Under the pieces are notes generated by a model that saw nothing but the letters and a program-made list of their open reading frames with translations, made no database searches and had not been told where the DNA came from. Both the position numbers and the translations under genes were made by a program. Shown here piece by piece: positions 26,870 through 38,185 of a stretch of 64,000 bases of DNA. The first letter of the stretch is position 1. Every line of letters starts with the position of its first letter. The stretch is from Spirochaetia bacterium. Lineage in GTDB: Bacteria; Spirochaetota; Spirochaetia; SZUA-6; Bin103. Location of the stretch: the NCBI GenBank assembly GCA_965203905.1, contig CBDBDQ010000005.1:5920001-5984000 (forward strand), read 5' to 3'.

Positions 26870-27649
26870 TCAGGAGTCAAGGAACCCAGCCACCAGGCGG
26901 GCCAGGGACTGCGGCGCGTCCAGGTCGACCAGATGCCCGGAGCCGGCGACCACATCCAGCCGCGCCTGCGGCAGTTTGCTCCGGAAACGCTGGCGGTAGG
27001 AGGCCGGCAGCACCCGGTCCTCCGCGCCGAACACCAGCAGGACGGGCTGGGTGACGCGATGCAGGCGCCGCGCCAGGCGCGTATCGCCCACCGGCCACAG
27101 CAGGCGTGCCGCGGCCTCCTGGGCCCGTACCTGCTGCACCGTCCACTCCACCCGGTCGGCGCCTTCGGGCAGCGCCACGTGGGCGTCGAAGCGGGCCGGA
27201 TCGCTGCACAGCAGCGCGCCCAACCCGTCCGCCGGCTGGGCGAAGATGTCGGCGCTGGGGTCGGCCGCGTCGAACAGCCCCAGCGGCGACACCAGCACCA
27301 GCCGCCGCACCGCGTCCGGCCACACCGCCGCCACGTCGGCGGCCAGTGCGGCCCCCACCGAAACCGCGACCAGGTCTCGGTCCGCCCCGCCGGCCGCACG
27401 CAGCAGATCGTGGGTCGCAAGCAGCCATTCGAGCTGGTCGTCCAGTTCGGGCAACGCCGCCGCCCCCGGGAATCCGGGCAGGCTCGGGGCCACCACCTGC
27501 CGCCCCTGCGCCAGCAGCTCCAGAAAGGAGCTCCAGCGCGGCAGTCCGCCGATCCCCGGCAGGAACGTGACCGGCCGCCCCTCCCCTCGTTCCCACACCC
27601 GGCAGTCCACGCCGGCCACGGTGACCGTGCGTTCCCGCGGCGGGCTCAC
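26870..27649 (-). CDS. Alpha/beta hydrolase
   Basis: PSLPGF, AVSVGA nucleophile elbow, GAEDRV, SGH; GTG start overlaps the LLM stop (GTGA). Confidence 0.85.
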   Translation of the reverse strand: MSPPRERTVTVAGVDCRVWERGEGRPVTFLPGIGGLPRWSSFLELLAQGRQVVAPSLPGFPGAAALPELDDQLEWLLATHDLLRAAGGADRDLVAVSVGAALAADVAAVWPDAVRRLVLVSPLGLFDAADPSADIFAQPADGLGALLCSDPARFDAHVALPEGADRVEWTVQQVRAQEAAARLLWPVGDTRLARRLHRVTQPVLLVFGAEDRVLPASYRQRFRSKLPQARLDVVAGSGHLVDLDAPQSLARLVAGFLDS

Positions 27650-28857
27650 GTATCCCTCGCCGCCGCGGCAGGCCACCAGTGGTCTTCCCACTGGTCGGTA
27701 AACAGGTCACGGACCTGGGGCAGCACGCCCTGGGCGAACAGCTCGGTGTTGCTGCGCGTCAGCTCGCGGTCCATGTTGCCGAAGTGCAGCAGCAGCATGA
27801 GCTGGCCGATGTTCAGGTCCACCGCGATCTGCCGCAGCCGCTCGGCCACCTCGTCGGGGGTGCCGACCACCAGGTAGCCGCGCTCCAGGATCTGCTCGTA
27901 GCTGGGCGCGGTGGTGAACTGGGCCACCGGGTTGCCGGAGTTGGCCTGGCGCGCGCGGAACCGTACCGACTCCTCGGTGGCGTAGCCGGGCGGCACCGCG
28001 AAGCGGGGGTTGGTGTGCAGGCAGTTGCGGTAGAAATACTCCGCCGGCGCGCGGTACAGCTCCAGGGCCTCGCGCTTGGTTTCGGCTACGCCGACGAGCT
28101 GCAGGTAGCCGGCCTGGAACGGGTTGGGATCCCGGCCCTGGCGCTCCAGCTCGGCCCAGTAGCCCTTGAGCACCCCGCGCGCGGTGTGATAGCCGAAGTA
28201 GGAGAGCGCCGCGTACACGTAGCCGCGTTCGCCGCACATGCGCCAGGTATCCGGCGCGCCGCCCCCCGGCACCCAGATCGGCGGCCGCGGCGACTGTATC
28301 GGCCGCGGCCAGATGTTGACGTAGCGCTGCTGGTAGAAGCGGCCGGCGAAGGGAAACGGATCCCGCTCCTGCCAGGCGCGCACGATCAGGTCGCACGCCT
28401 CCAGGTAGCGGTCGCGTACCATGCTGGGATTCTGGCCGTAGGCGTAGCAGGTATCCATCGGCGTCCCCAGCGGCAGCCCGGCAATCAGCCGGCCGCCGGA
28501 GATGCAGTCCAGCATCGCCATCTCCTCCGCCACGCGGGTCGGCGGATCGTACAGCGCCACCGCGTTCCCCATCACGCAGATCGCTCCCTGCCCGGTGCCG
28601 CGCGCCAGGATCGAGGCCATCAGGTTGGGCGACGGCATCATGCCGTAACCGTTGGCGTGGTGCTCGTTCACGCACACCCCGTCGAAGCCCAGCCGCGCCG
28701 CATCCTCCAGCTCGTCCAGGTACTCGTTGTAGATCGTCCCGCCGCGCACCGGATCGAACAGGCGCGAATCGATGTCCACCCAGATCGACGGATGCCGTTC
28801 CCGGAAGTCGGCGGGCAACTCCGGATAGGGCATCAGGTGAAAGAACAGCACGTTCAT
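27646..28857 (-). CDS. LLM-class flavin-dependent monooxygenase
   Basis: MNVLFFHLMPY, GFDGVCVNEHH, PSPN, RVAEEMAMLDCISGGR, PRPIQ, VGTPDEV; ATGA overlap with the MBL stop. Confidence 0.92.
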   Translation of the reverse strand: MNVLFFHLMPYPELPADFRERHPSIWVDIDSRLFDPVRGGTIYNEYLDELEDAARLGFDGVCVNEHHANGYGMMPSPNLMASILARGTGQGAICVMGNAVALYDPPTRVAEEMAMLDCISGGRLIAGLPLGTPMDTCYAYGQNPSMVRDRYLEACDLIVRAWQERDPFPFAGRFYQQRYVNIWPRPIQSPRPPIWVPGGGAPDTWRMCGERGYVYAALSYFGYHTARGVLKGYWAELERQGRDPNPFQAGYLQLVGVAETKREALELYRAPAEYFYRNCLHTNPRFAVPPGYATEESVRFRARQANSGNPVAQFTTAPSYEQILERGYLVVGTPDEVAERLRQIAVDLNIGQLMLLLHFGNMDRELTRSNTELFAQGVLPQVRDLFTDQWEDHWWPAAAARDT

Positions 28858-30737
28858 TCGGGGCCGTCCGTGACGCTGACCAGGGCCTCGGCGATGGGGC
28901 CGAGCGGTTCCCCGTCGACCGCGATTTGCGCGGTCAGCAGGCGGCGGACGCCGTCGCCGGTGGCCGGTGCGGTGGCCTGCAGCGGGAGCTCGCCGCGTTC
29001 GCCGGGAGCGAGTGGCAGGGACCCGGCCGCGGCCGTGTGCCAGCCCGGCGGCGGCTGCAGCTGCGCCGTGAAGGTGACCGGCCGTTCCCAGTTGTTGCGC
29101 AGCATGAGGCGGTACTCGATGCTGCCGCCGGGAGCCACGGAGGCCAGGTAAGGCCGCAGCCGGGCCCAGAACAGGTCGACATAGTGGTCGGCCGGCTCCG
29201 CCACCAGGTTGCGGAACACCCGTTCCTTGCGCGCGATGAAGTCCGCGTACTCGTCGAGCTGCTGCTTCGAGCAGTCGATCACGTCGCGGTGGCCGGGACA
29301 GATCAGCTCGGGATCGAGCCGTCGCATCACCTCCACGCAGCGGCGGTGCATGGCAAGCTGGAAGCTGTTGCGCAGCACCGTGGTCTGGTACGGCTTGCTG
29401 AGGGTGGCACCGGCCCGCACCACGTCTCCCAGGAAGAAGTTGTCGCCGGTGAACGCCACCCGCCGCCCGTCGATGCGCCCGGCGTAGACGGAGTGGAACT
29501 CGGTCTGGCCCGGCGCGTGGCAGATGTCGAACGTGTACTCCTCCCAGGTGAAACGGTCGCCGTCCTGCAGCCGGCGATCGATCCGGATCGGCTTCGGCAT
29601 GGTGCAGGGAGTGCTGGCCCAGGCGGCGGGGTCCTCCAGCACCTGCGCCACCTCGTGCAGCGCCCAGCAGCGGGTGCCGTGGTGGCGCTGCAGGTAAGGA
29701 ATGCCGCAGGTGTGGTCGTCGTGGATGTGGGTCGGCACCACCAGGTCGAAGTCGGTCACCCCGTAGTCGTCGCGCAACTCGTCGAGGTGGTGGACCACGA
29801 AGCGCATGCTCTCGAACCCGCTGTGGTCGGGTCCCGTGTGCATGTGGGTGCTCAGGGAGTGTCCGTAGTCGACGAACATCGCCTTGCCCGAGTCGCTGAG
29901 CACCACGTAGAAGTTGCTGCACGCCCACGGGCCGCTCCACAGCAGGTGGCGCGACAGGGGCTGCAGCCGCAGATCGGGCAGGAAGGAGGCGCCCGGGAGA
30001 TCGGCCCGCACCACGTGCATCCCCTCCCCCAGGTCGACGCAGTCGCACAGCCGGCGCCGCAGCCGCGCGACGTCTCCGGCCACGTCGGTGATCGGCTCGC
30101 CGTGGGAGGGATAGGCCACCGCCACCGGCCGGCGGGCCAGAGCGTCGATCGACTCTATGGTGTAGGCGATGCCCTCCATGCCGCCGTACGCGTACTCCAT
30201 CGCGTGCAGTTGGTAGAGCCGGCCGCCAGCGGTCATCAGGTCGCCGACGAATGCCACTTCCCGCCCGTCGATCCGGGCGATCAGCATGGAGGAGCCGCGG
30301 GTATGGCCCTTCGCCGGGACCACCTCGAAGCGATAGCTGCGCCAGGTGAAGGTCTCGTAGTCCTCCAGGCTGGCGTGCACCGGCAGGTCGCGCGCCGCGC
30401 TGAAGAAGGTGTTGCGGTCGTCGTAGTTGTCGTAGACGCGGCGGGTGCGCCAGAACAGCTCCGCGTCCTCGAACAGGTAGCGCTCGTGCTCCGGCACGGC
30501 GACCCGCGCGCCGGCCGCGGCCAGGGCCGGGGTGCCCGCGCACTGGTCACGGTGGTGATGGGTGTGCAGCACCCAGTCCACCGAGCGCGCGCCGGTGGCT
30601 GCCAGTGCCTCGGCCACGGCACCCGAGCCGGAGTCGATCAGCAGCGCCTGGCTGCCGTCGACCAGCACGTAGACGTTGCAGATGTCGCGGAATCGGTAGA
30701 GGTGCTCGCTCAGCCGCGTGAGACGCGTATCAGCCAT
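28854..30737 (-). CDS. Tandem metallo-beta-lactamase-fold hydrolase with C-terminal Ig-like domain
   Basis: Domain 1 LIDSG...HTHHHRDQ...GHT...GD; domain 2 VDYG...THIHDDH...PGQT...GD...PGH. Alternative start 30776. Confidence 0.88.
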   Translation of the reverse strand: MADTRLTRLSEHLYRFRDICNVYVLVDGSQALLIDSGSGAVAEALAATGARSVDWVLHTHHHRDQCAGTPALAAAGARVAVPEHERYLFEDAELFWRTRRVYDNYDDRNTFFSAARDLPVHASLEDYETFTWRSYRFEVVPAKGHTRGSSMLIARIDGREVAFVGDLMTAGGRLYQLHAMEYAYGGMEGIAYTIESIDALARRPVAVAYPSHGEPITDVAGDVARLRRRLCDCVDLGEGMHVVRADLPGASFLPDLRLQPLSRHLLWSGPWACSNFYVVLSDSGKAMFVDYGHSLSTHMHTGPDHSGFESMRFVVHHLDELRDDYGVTDFDLVVPTHIHDDHTCGIPYLQRHHGTRCWALHEVAQVLEDPAAWASTPCTMPKPIRIDRRLQDGDRFTWEEYTFDICHAPGQTEFHSVYAGRIDGRRVAFTGDNFFLGDVVRAGATLSKPYQTTVLRNSFQLAMHRRCVEVMRRLDPELICPGHRDVIDCSKQQLDEYADFIARKERVFRNLVAEPADHYVDLFWARLRPYLASVAPGGSIEYRLMLRNNWERPVTFTAQLQPPPGWHTAAAGSLPLAPGERGELPLQATAPATGDGVRRLLTAQIAVDGEPLGPIAEALVSVTDGPE

Positions 30738-30759
30738 GTTTGCTGCGACCTTATACCCG

Positions 30760-31251
30760 TCAGCGGATATGGTCAAAATGAGCTGGTGCGTGGCAGGCGC
30801 CCGGACGGTGCTCGCGCGCGAGGTAGCGGCCGACCTGGGCCAGCTCCGTCTCGCTCAGCAGCCGCTGCAACTCCTGAAACAGCTCGCGCTCCTGCTCCCT
30901 GACGTAGCCGTGCAGGGACTCCCCCAACTGCACCAGCTCCGTACCGGTCACGCTGTCGCAGCGCACGGCGGCGAGCATCCGTTCCAGGTGGCGGTGTGCG
31001 CGGGCGGCCGCCCGCAGCAGTTCGCCGGCGCGCGGTTCACCGTTGTCCGCCGCCACCCGCAACGCCCCTTCCTCCACCCGGAAGTGGGCGCGCAACCCAT
31101 CCCCGAACTGCCGCACCACCTGGCACTGCCGGAGCTCATCCATGGGGCGCCCGCCGGCCACGGACGCGCCCCGCCGGCGCAACAGCCGGGCGACCAGCAG
31201 GATCTCATGGTGGTCGTGCGACAGCGCCACCAGCGCCGGATGCCGTTTCAT
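30760..31251 (-). CDS. Hemerythrin-like (HHE) domain protein
   Basis: MKRHPALVALSHDHH...HFRVEE...H...EQERELF. Confidence 0.78.
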   Translation of the reverse strand: MKRHPALVALSHDHHEILLVARLLRRRGASVAGGRPMDELRQCQVVRQFGDGLRAHFRVEEGALRVAADNGEPRAGELLRAAARAHRHLERMLAAVRCDSVTGTELVQLGESLHGYVREQERELFQELQRLLSETELAQVGRYLAREHRPGACHAPAHFDHIR

Positions 31252-31279
31252 GCCGGAGTCTGCACCTTCCCCGTGGCCA

Positions 31280-32272
31280 TCACTCGCGGCGTCCGACCAC
31301 GTCCAGCGCATGCGCCGGCAGCCAGGCGCGGCGGCTGTCCGCCAGTCTCACGTGGAACCAGTCGTTGCGCTCCTCGAGCACCAGCAACTCGGTACCAGAG
31401 TGCAGGGGGGTGACAAAGCTGGGCTCGTAGGCATCGCTGTCGCCGCGCCGCGCCGTGACTTCGGACGCCACGATCACGGCTGCTTCCGGGCCGGGGCTCA
31501 GCAACTCCGTGGCTACCGACCCTCCAGCAGCGGCCGCCACTACGCCGGCACCCGCCAGCAGCGCGGCAGCGACCCGCCGTCTGAGGTACCGCCCCGTGCC
31601 CGTTGCGGCCAGCCACTCCCGGACTCGGGCGAGCGGCTTCGGCAGCGCCGTGACAGTGCCCAGGACGCCGCCCAGCGCACTCAGCAGAGCCAGGAACCAG
31701 AGCAAATTGGCGGCAGCCAGGAACAACGTGACCCGGAGCTGCAGCGGCCAGGCGTGGTGCCAGAAGAACAGCAGCCGCAGCACGCTGCCGGCGGCATCCG
31801 TGTCGATTCGATCGCGGCGCAGCGAGCGGGCGTGGCGCAGGCTCTGCCTCAGGTTGGGATCTGACGGGATGAACCGCTGCGCCTCGCGGTAGTGCAGGAT
31901 GGCGCGGCCCACGTCGCCGAGCCGCAGGTAGGTGTTGCCGATGTTGTACAGCAGGAAGCCGTTGCTGCGCCCGAGCGCTTCGGCGGCACCCTCGTAGCGC
32001 AACAGTGCGGCGCGGAACTCCTGCGCCGCGTCGGCCTCGCGTCCCGCGGCGGCCAGTTCGTTGCCGGCGGCGAAGCGCTGCTGCGCCTCGGTCAGCCAGG
32101 CCACCGGCCCGACCGCGAGGCTCGACTGAGCCGCCGCCGGCCCCGCCGTCCAGATACCGCACAGCAGAAGGAGCATCAGGTGCGCCATGCGGCCGGCAGC
32201 GGCGCCGCGCATGCCCGAGTCCAGCTTCGTGGCGTCGAGCGACGAACCGCGCCGCCGGCAGACGATCGGCAT
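31280..32272 (-). CDS. batE: BatE-like TPR + SH3 membrane protein
   Basis: TPR YNIGNTYLRLGDVGRAILHYREA..P; C-terminal SH3b-like LHSGTEL.VLEERNDWFHVRLAD...WL; TGATG coupling. Confidence 0.8.
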   Translation of the reverse strand: MPIVCRRRGSSLDATKLDSGMRGAAAGRMAHLMLLLLCGIWTAGPAAAQSSLAVGPVAWLTEAQQRFAAGNELAAAGREADAAQEFRAALLRYEGAAEALGRSNGFLLYNIGNTYLRLGDVGRAILHYREAQRFIPSDPNLRQSLRHARSLRRDRIDTDAAGSVLRLLFFWHHAWPLQLRVTLFLAAANLLWFLALLSALGGVLGTVTALPKPLARVREWLAATGTGRYLRRRVAAALLAGAGVVAAAAGGSVATELLSPGPEAAVIVASEVTARRGDSDAYEPSFVTPLHSGTELLVLEERNDWFHVRLADSRRAWLPAHALDVVGRRE

Positions 32273-34128
32273 CACCGGCGGATCCTCCGTTCCATGTGCG
32301 CGGCCCATGCCAGCAGACGTTCGGCAAGGCTGTCGGCCTCCAGGTCTGCTCCGCCGTAGCGGGCAGCCTCCAGCGATGCGAACAGGAGGCGCAACTCCTC
32401 AAGGGCCGGGTCTGCCACTCCCCGCTCCCGTAGCATGCCCGCGACGTCGGCGAAGCCGTGCACGGCCTGCCCGGGGCGCAGGCTGTCCGTGAGGTACCTG
32501 CGCAATGCCGCGAGCAGGACCGGCTCCGCGGCATCCCTGCCCGCCGCGGTCACGGTGCGGCGCAGGTTCGCCAGGGCAGCCGCCGGCCGCCGCGGTCGCT
32601 GCCGGTAGCGGCACAGCGCGAGGGCTCCGTGAACGCCCGCCAGCGCCAGCGGGGCGGCGAACAGCGCCAGCAGCCCGCCAGGCGAAACCACGAAGGCAAG
32701 CAGATCGAAGCGCTGGTCGACCAGCAGCATGGGGCCCGCGTAGTTGTGGGCGATTCCGTCACGGCTGCTCGCCACCGGACCGCTCGGCGTGCCGTGCGCT
32801 GCGCCGCCCACGGCGCCGTGACCGGCACTACCCTCCACGTCGCGCAGCGTGACTTCGCGGGTCGGATGGACCGTGATCGGAATCGGCTCGCTCGCCAACT
32901 CGGCATAGCCCCCGCTTTCGGAATCGAACACGCTGATGCGCACCGCGGGTATCGCCGCAACCTCGTGGTGCAGCGCGCGCAGGACAAGGCGGACGGTTGC
33001 CTGCCCGGATGTCCGGGTGGGCGGCGAATCCGCGCTCACGCGAAACTCGCGAAAGCCGCTCATGCGGGTCAGGTCGGGAGCCTGCAGACGGCGCAGGTCG
33101 CCGCTGCCGGTGATGGTCACCGCGAGCTCCATCGGGTCCCCTACCTTCACCTCCAGCGGCGCGGCCCGGGCGGCGATCTCGAAACGGCCAACCAGGCCGC
33201 TGAAGTCCGCCGGACGCCCCTGCTCGGGCAGCGCCTTGACCCTGAGGTGCAGCTCGTTGGACGGCACCACGAACCGCTGCCGCACCGGTTGCCGCACGTT
33301 GCGTCCGAAGAAGTCGCGCACCGTGCGATAGCCGGCAACCCCTTCGAACACCACGGTCGCGGAGCCTATGTTGAGCTCCCCCGGTTGCTCGGAAAGCAGC
33401 GTCGTAGCGAAGCTCAGCGACGCGAAACGCTCGCCGTCGATCCGCGTCTGGCCCCGCTGCCACAGCACGTCCCGGCCCGCCACCGGCAGCCGCACCGGGT
33501 CGTTGCGGTTGGCGGGGGGTGCCTGATGCTCGTAGCTGAGACCCCGTTTCGCGGCGTCGTCCAGCACCGGGTGGCTGAAGCCATGCACCCGTTCCGGCCC
33601 CAACTCGGCGTTCCACAGCCAGGTAGTGGTGAGCAGCACCGGCTCGCCGACCCACACCTGCTCCCGATCCAGCGCGAGCTGCAGGCGGTAGTCCTCGATC
33701 GGTTGCGGCGTGCGTGCCCGAATGCGGATCGGCCTGGTGGCCTGCGCCTGCCCCTCCACCTGCAGGGTGAGCGCCGGGATGGTGAGCTCACCGGCAGCGG
33801 CGGCGGTGAGCTCGTAGTTGAGCACGTAGCCCCGATTCACCTGGCGCGTGGTTTGGCCGTTGATGGTGCTGACGATCTCGCTGTTGTTCGGTCCGCCGCC
33901 CAGAGCACGCACCGAGAAGCCGGCGACCGGTTCCAGGTTCGGTGCGGCGACCTGGTCGCTTCCTGACACCGCGATCCGGAAGCGGAACGGCTCGCCCACG
34001 TAGACCTCGGCGCGCTCCACGGCAGCCTGCACGCTGACGTTCTGGGCCGCTACCGGCGTGGCGGCGGCGGCCAGGACCAGCGCCAGCAAAGTACGCGCCG
34101 AGGCGTCTGCGCGCCAGCGTGCAGCCAT
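32272..34128 (-). CDS. batD: BatD-family protein
   Basis: Signal peptide, VYVGEPF, STINGQ, GELTIP, VWVGEP, FSGLVGRF, VKVGDP, G.GDL; operon position. Confidence 0.85.
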   Translation of the reverse strand: MAARWRADASARTLLALVLAAAATPVAAQNVSVQAAVERAEVYVGEPFRFRIAVSGSDQVAAPNLEPVAGFSVRALGGGPNNSEIVSTINGQTTRQVNRGYVLNYELTAAAAGELTIPALTLQVEGQAQATRPIRIRARTPQPIEDYRLQLALDREQVWVGEPVLLTTTWLWNAELGPERVHGFSHPVLDDAAKRGLSYEHQAPPANRNDPVRLPVAGRDVLWQRGQTRIDGERFASLSFATTLLSEQPGELNIGSATVVFEGVAGYRTVRDFFGRNVRQPVRQRFVVPSNELHLRVKALPEQGRPADFSGLVGRFEIAARAAPLEVKVGDPMELAVTITGSGDLRRLQAPDLTRMSGFREFRVSADSPPTRTSGQATVRLVLRALHHEVAAIPAVRISVFDSESGGYAELASEPIPITVHPTREVTLRDVEGSAGHGAVGGAAHGTPSGPVASSRDGIAHNYAGPMLLVDQRFDLLAFVVSPGGLLALFAAPLALAGVHGALALCRYRQRPRRPAAALANLRRTVTAAGRDAAEPVLLAALRRYLTDSLRPGQAVHGFADVAGMLRERGVADPALEELRLLFASLEAARYGGADLEADSLAERLLAWAAHMERRIRR

Positions 34129-34132
34129 GTCC

Positions 34133-34950
<818 letters not shown>

Positions 34951-34954
<4 letters not shown>

Positions 34955-36066
34955 GGCGCGCCCTCCGCAACGCCGTTCGATGCCTTCGCGCCCATGCGCA
35001 GCAGGCGCGACAGGGGCATCCGCGGCAACGCCATCCGATCCGGCAGCACCAGGGCCAGTGCCAGGAGCAGCAGCGAAACCGCGATGAAGGTCTGGAACCG
35101 CTCCCGGACCAACTCTACCGACGCGGTCTCCAGCAGCCGGCCGGAAGCGGAGGCAATCAGTTCCTGGTAGAGCCGTCCCAGGTCGACGTTGCCGGTTGCA
35201 ACGTGGATGTAGCGGCCCCCGGGGGTGGCGCCGGCGATGGTGCGCAGCAGGTCGGCGTCGAGCTTGCTCAGCACCATCTGCCCTTCATGCTCCACGAACG
35301 CCGGCTCGCCACCTGCGGAGCTGCCGTCCCGGGGAATCGGCTGGCCGGCGCTGTCGTCGCCCAGACCGACGGCCAGCAGCCGCACGCCGCGCTGACCCAG
35401 CTCCTCCGCGGCGGCCGCGGGGAAGCTGTCGTGATCGCCGCCATCGGTGATCAGCAGCACGTCCCGGTGCTCGATCGCGCGGTCGTCGAACACCTGGTCG
35501 CGCACGGTGCGCAGGGCATCGCCGATAAGCGACCCGCCGCGGGCCACGCTGGTGACCGACAGTTGCTGCACCGCGAGCCGGAAGAACCCGTAGTCGAATG
35601 TCAGCGGACTCTTCACCACGGCACTGCCGGCGAACGCCACCAGTGCCACCCGATCTCCGGAGAGCTGCTCCAGGGTATCCAGAATCGCGAGCTTGGCGCG
35701 TTCCAGGCGATTGGGGGCCAGGTCCTCGGCCAGCATGCTGCGCGAGACGTCCACCACGAACACCACGTCGCGCCCGCGGCGCTCCAGGGTGGTGGCCTGC
35801 GACTCCCAGCCCGGCCGCGCGACGGCCACGACAAGCGCGGCGTAACCGACCAGCGTGAGGCAGGCGAGCAGCGGCCGCAGGTTGCGGGCGGCACCGGTCG
35901 CGGCTCCGGCAGCGCCCCGAAACCGCCGCCTGAAGCGCCGTGCGGACCGCCGCCGGGCACGCGCGGCCAGGAACCAGACCGCGAGCAGCGGCAGCAGCAA
36001 CCACAGCAGCAGAAACGCCTCGGGATGGACGAAGCGGAGCGTGGCTTCGTTGAGCGGCACCGGCAT
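34951..36066 (-). CDS. batB: BatB-like VWA domain protein
   Basis: ARPGW, MIDAS DVSRSM, PNRLERAK, DRVALVAFAG..SPLTFD, LITDG. Confidence 0.85.
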
Positions 36067-37115
36067 CAGGGACTCCGCCGCAACACGGTGGCGTTGAGCA
36101 GCGCGGCCGCGAGAATGCACAGCGCCGCCGCCAGGACCAGAGGCACGAATCGTTCGCGATAGCTCAGGTAGCGCACCGACTCGATCTCGCTGCGCTCCAG
36201 TTGATCGATCTCACGGTAGACGGCGCTCAGGGCGTCGGCGTCTCCCGCAACGCGGAACAGGCCGCCGGTGGTCTCGGCGATGGTGCGCAACTCGCGCTCG
36301 TCTATTTCCACGCGAGGCAGGCGCTGCATGCCTGCCGTCCCGCGCGGCGCGGGCGCTCCCGCCAGGCCGATGGCGTGCACGGTGATACCCCAGTCACGCG
36401 CCAGCTCGGCGGCCTCGCTTGGGGTGCGCACTCCCGTGTTGTTGAGCCCGTCGGTGAGCAGCACGATTACCTTGCTCTTGATCTCGTACCTGCCATCGCC
36501 GTCTTCGCCGTCTGCCGCGAGCTGCTCCTCGGCGCGCTGCAGCCGCGCCGCCGCCAGCGCCAGGGCGTCGCCGATGGCGGTGCCGTCCTCCGAGCGCTCG
36601 GTGGCCAGCTCGATGCCGTGCAGGAAACCGTCGGCCGCGTCGTGGGCGAGGGTCAGGGGCAGCACCGTCTCTGCGTAGCGGGCAAAGGTGACGAGGCCGA
36701 TCAGATCGTCGTCGCGGCCACCGAGTCCCGTGTCGTCGCCGTGGATGAACCGGGTCAGCACCTCCTTGGCCGCCTGCAGGCGGTTGCCGCTGTCCTGCTG
36801 CGGCGTCAGCGGCGCGCCCATGCTCCCCGAGCGATCCAGCACCAGCTCGATCGCCACTCCGCGACTGACGTCCACCACCCGCTCCTGCCCCTCGCGCGGC
36901 CGTGCCAGGGCCACCACCAGCAACAGCAGGGCAAGCACCTGCAACGCCGCCGGCAGCCACACGAGGCGGTGGCGCAGCGACGGCCGCAGCGCCGAAGCCA
37001 GCGTCGCCGAGGAGAATCCCAGCCCCACCCGGCGGCGGGCGATCCACTGGCGCAGCAGCGGCAGGGCGGCGACCGCCGGCAACAGCAGCAGCGCCCACGG
37101 GCTCTCAAACTGCAC
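36066..37115 (-). CDS. batA: BatA-like VWA domain protein
   Basis: QFESPWALL, LARP, DRSGSM, D.IGLVTFA, GTAIGDAL, SKVIVLLTDG.NN, IAETTGG..FR. Confidence 0.88.
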   Translation of the reverse strand: MQFESPWALLLLPAVAALPLLRQWIARRRVGLGFSSATLASALRPSLRHRLVWLPAALQVLALLLLVVALARPREGQERVVDVSRGVAIELVLDRSGSMGAPLTPQQDSGNRLQAAKEVLTRFIHGDDTGLGGRDDDLIGLVTFARYAETVLPLTLAHDAADGFLHGIELATERSEDGTAIGDALALAAARLQRAEEQLAADGEDGDGRYEIKSKVIVLLTDGLNNTGVRTPSEAAELARDWGITVHAIGLAGAPAPRGTAGMQRLPRVEIDERELRTIAETTGGLFRVAGDADALSAVYREIDQLERSEIESVRYLSYRERFVPLVLAAALCILAAALLNATVLRRSP

Positions 37116-38121
37116 GCGCCGCCTCCATGTCGGGCGCCGGCTCCTGCTCGGGCGCCGGCGGCCTGGTGGCCTGCACCAGGTCGGTGGCGGTCTCGAGCAG
37201 ATCCTGGCTTGCCACCTCGGTGGGGCGGGCACGGGCAAACTTCACCTGGTCGCACTGGGCCAGGAAGGCATGCAGCGCGCGCCGCTGGGGATCGTCCAGC
37301 CAGTTCCCTCCGGCGAGGATGAACATCAACTCCTCCGTGGTGCGTTCCGGCGCCCGCACGCCGAAACGCTGCTCCAGGTAGCGTCGCACGATCGCCGCCA
37401 CGGCGGTGTGGAACGCCAGCAGGTCGCGATGCAGCAGATCGTCGGCGGCCAGCTCCCGCAGGGCGCGCAGGGCGGCCACATGAGGCGGAACGATGGCGGC
37501 CCGGGCAGCGCTGCGCGCGGCCCGCCGGCGCAAGATCACCACGGCCGCAACGGCAACCCCGGCAGCGACAATGGCGAGCGCTGCAAACAGCAGCAGGCGG
37601 CCCACGCGCGGCGGCGCCGGCATCGGCTCCGCTACCTCCTGCAGTCGAGGCGTCTCCACCGCTCCGGCGAGCACCGAAGTCACGGTCAGGTCGACCGGCT
37701 CCGTGTGTATCGTAACGGCAGTCTCGCCGTCGTCGCCGGCAACGACCACCGCCAGCCCCGGCACCTGGTACTCTCCGGCCAGGAACGGCTGCATCTCGAA
37801 GCGACGCACCCAGCGTACCAGCGCGCCTTCCTGCAACGCCGGTGGCAGGGTGTGAGTCCGCGCCACCTCCAGCCCGCCGGCCACCGCCTGCTCCGCGGTG
37901 GGGAGCCGTACGGTCAGCCCCTCGGCCGCCAGCACGGCCACTTCCACCAGCACCCACTCCGCGGTGGTGATCTCGGTGCGGTCCAGGCGCAGCACCACTT
38001 CCACGCCGCCGTTTGCATAGGCGTGCTCCAGCCCCCATTCCTCGGCCGCCCGATCCGGCGCACCGCCCGCACCGCCACAGCCGAGCAGCACGGCCAGCAC
38101 CAGTCCCGCGCCGGCGCTCAT
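37105..38121 (-). CDS. Bat-operon membrane protein (BatD-like beta domain + TM + helical tail)
   Basis: Signal/lipobox LLGC, one TM, RRYLEQRF...ERTTEEL...DQVKFA; lies between DUF58 and batA. Confidence 0.75.
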   Translation of the reverse strand: MSAGAGLVLAVLLGCGGAGGAPDRAAEEWGLEHAYANGGVEVVLRLDRTEITTAEWVLVEVAVLAAEGLTVRLPTAEQAVAGGLEVARTHTLPPALQEGALVRWVRRFEMQPFLAGEYQVPGLAVVVAGDDGETAVTIHTEPVDLTVTSVLAGAVETPRLQEVAEPMPAPPRVGRLLLFAALAIVAAGVAVAAVVILRRRAARSAARAAIVPPHVAALRALRELAADDLLHRDLLAFHTAVAAIVRRYLEQRFGVRAPERTTEELMFILAGGNWLDDPQRRALHAFLAQCDQVKFARARPTEVASQDLLETATDLVQATRPPAPEQEPAPDMEAARAV

Positions 38122-38185
38122 AGCAGCCCGTGTCGAAGCACCGGCTGCATTCGAGCGGTGCGGCGCCGGGTCCCGCCACGGGCTG

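Noticed and set aside
27646-30543. 965-aa ORF, and similar over-extended ORFs (3897-6125, 10538-12589, 53663-56005, 14746-16038)
   Set aside because: The extensions are Arg/Pro/Ala-rich alternative frames over other real genes, which is expected at high GC; starts were trimmed.
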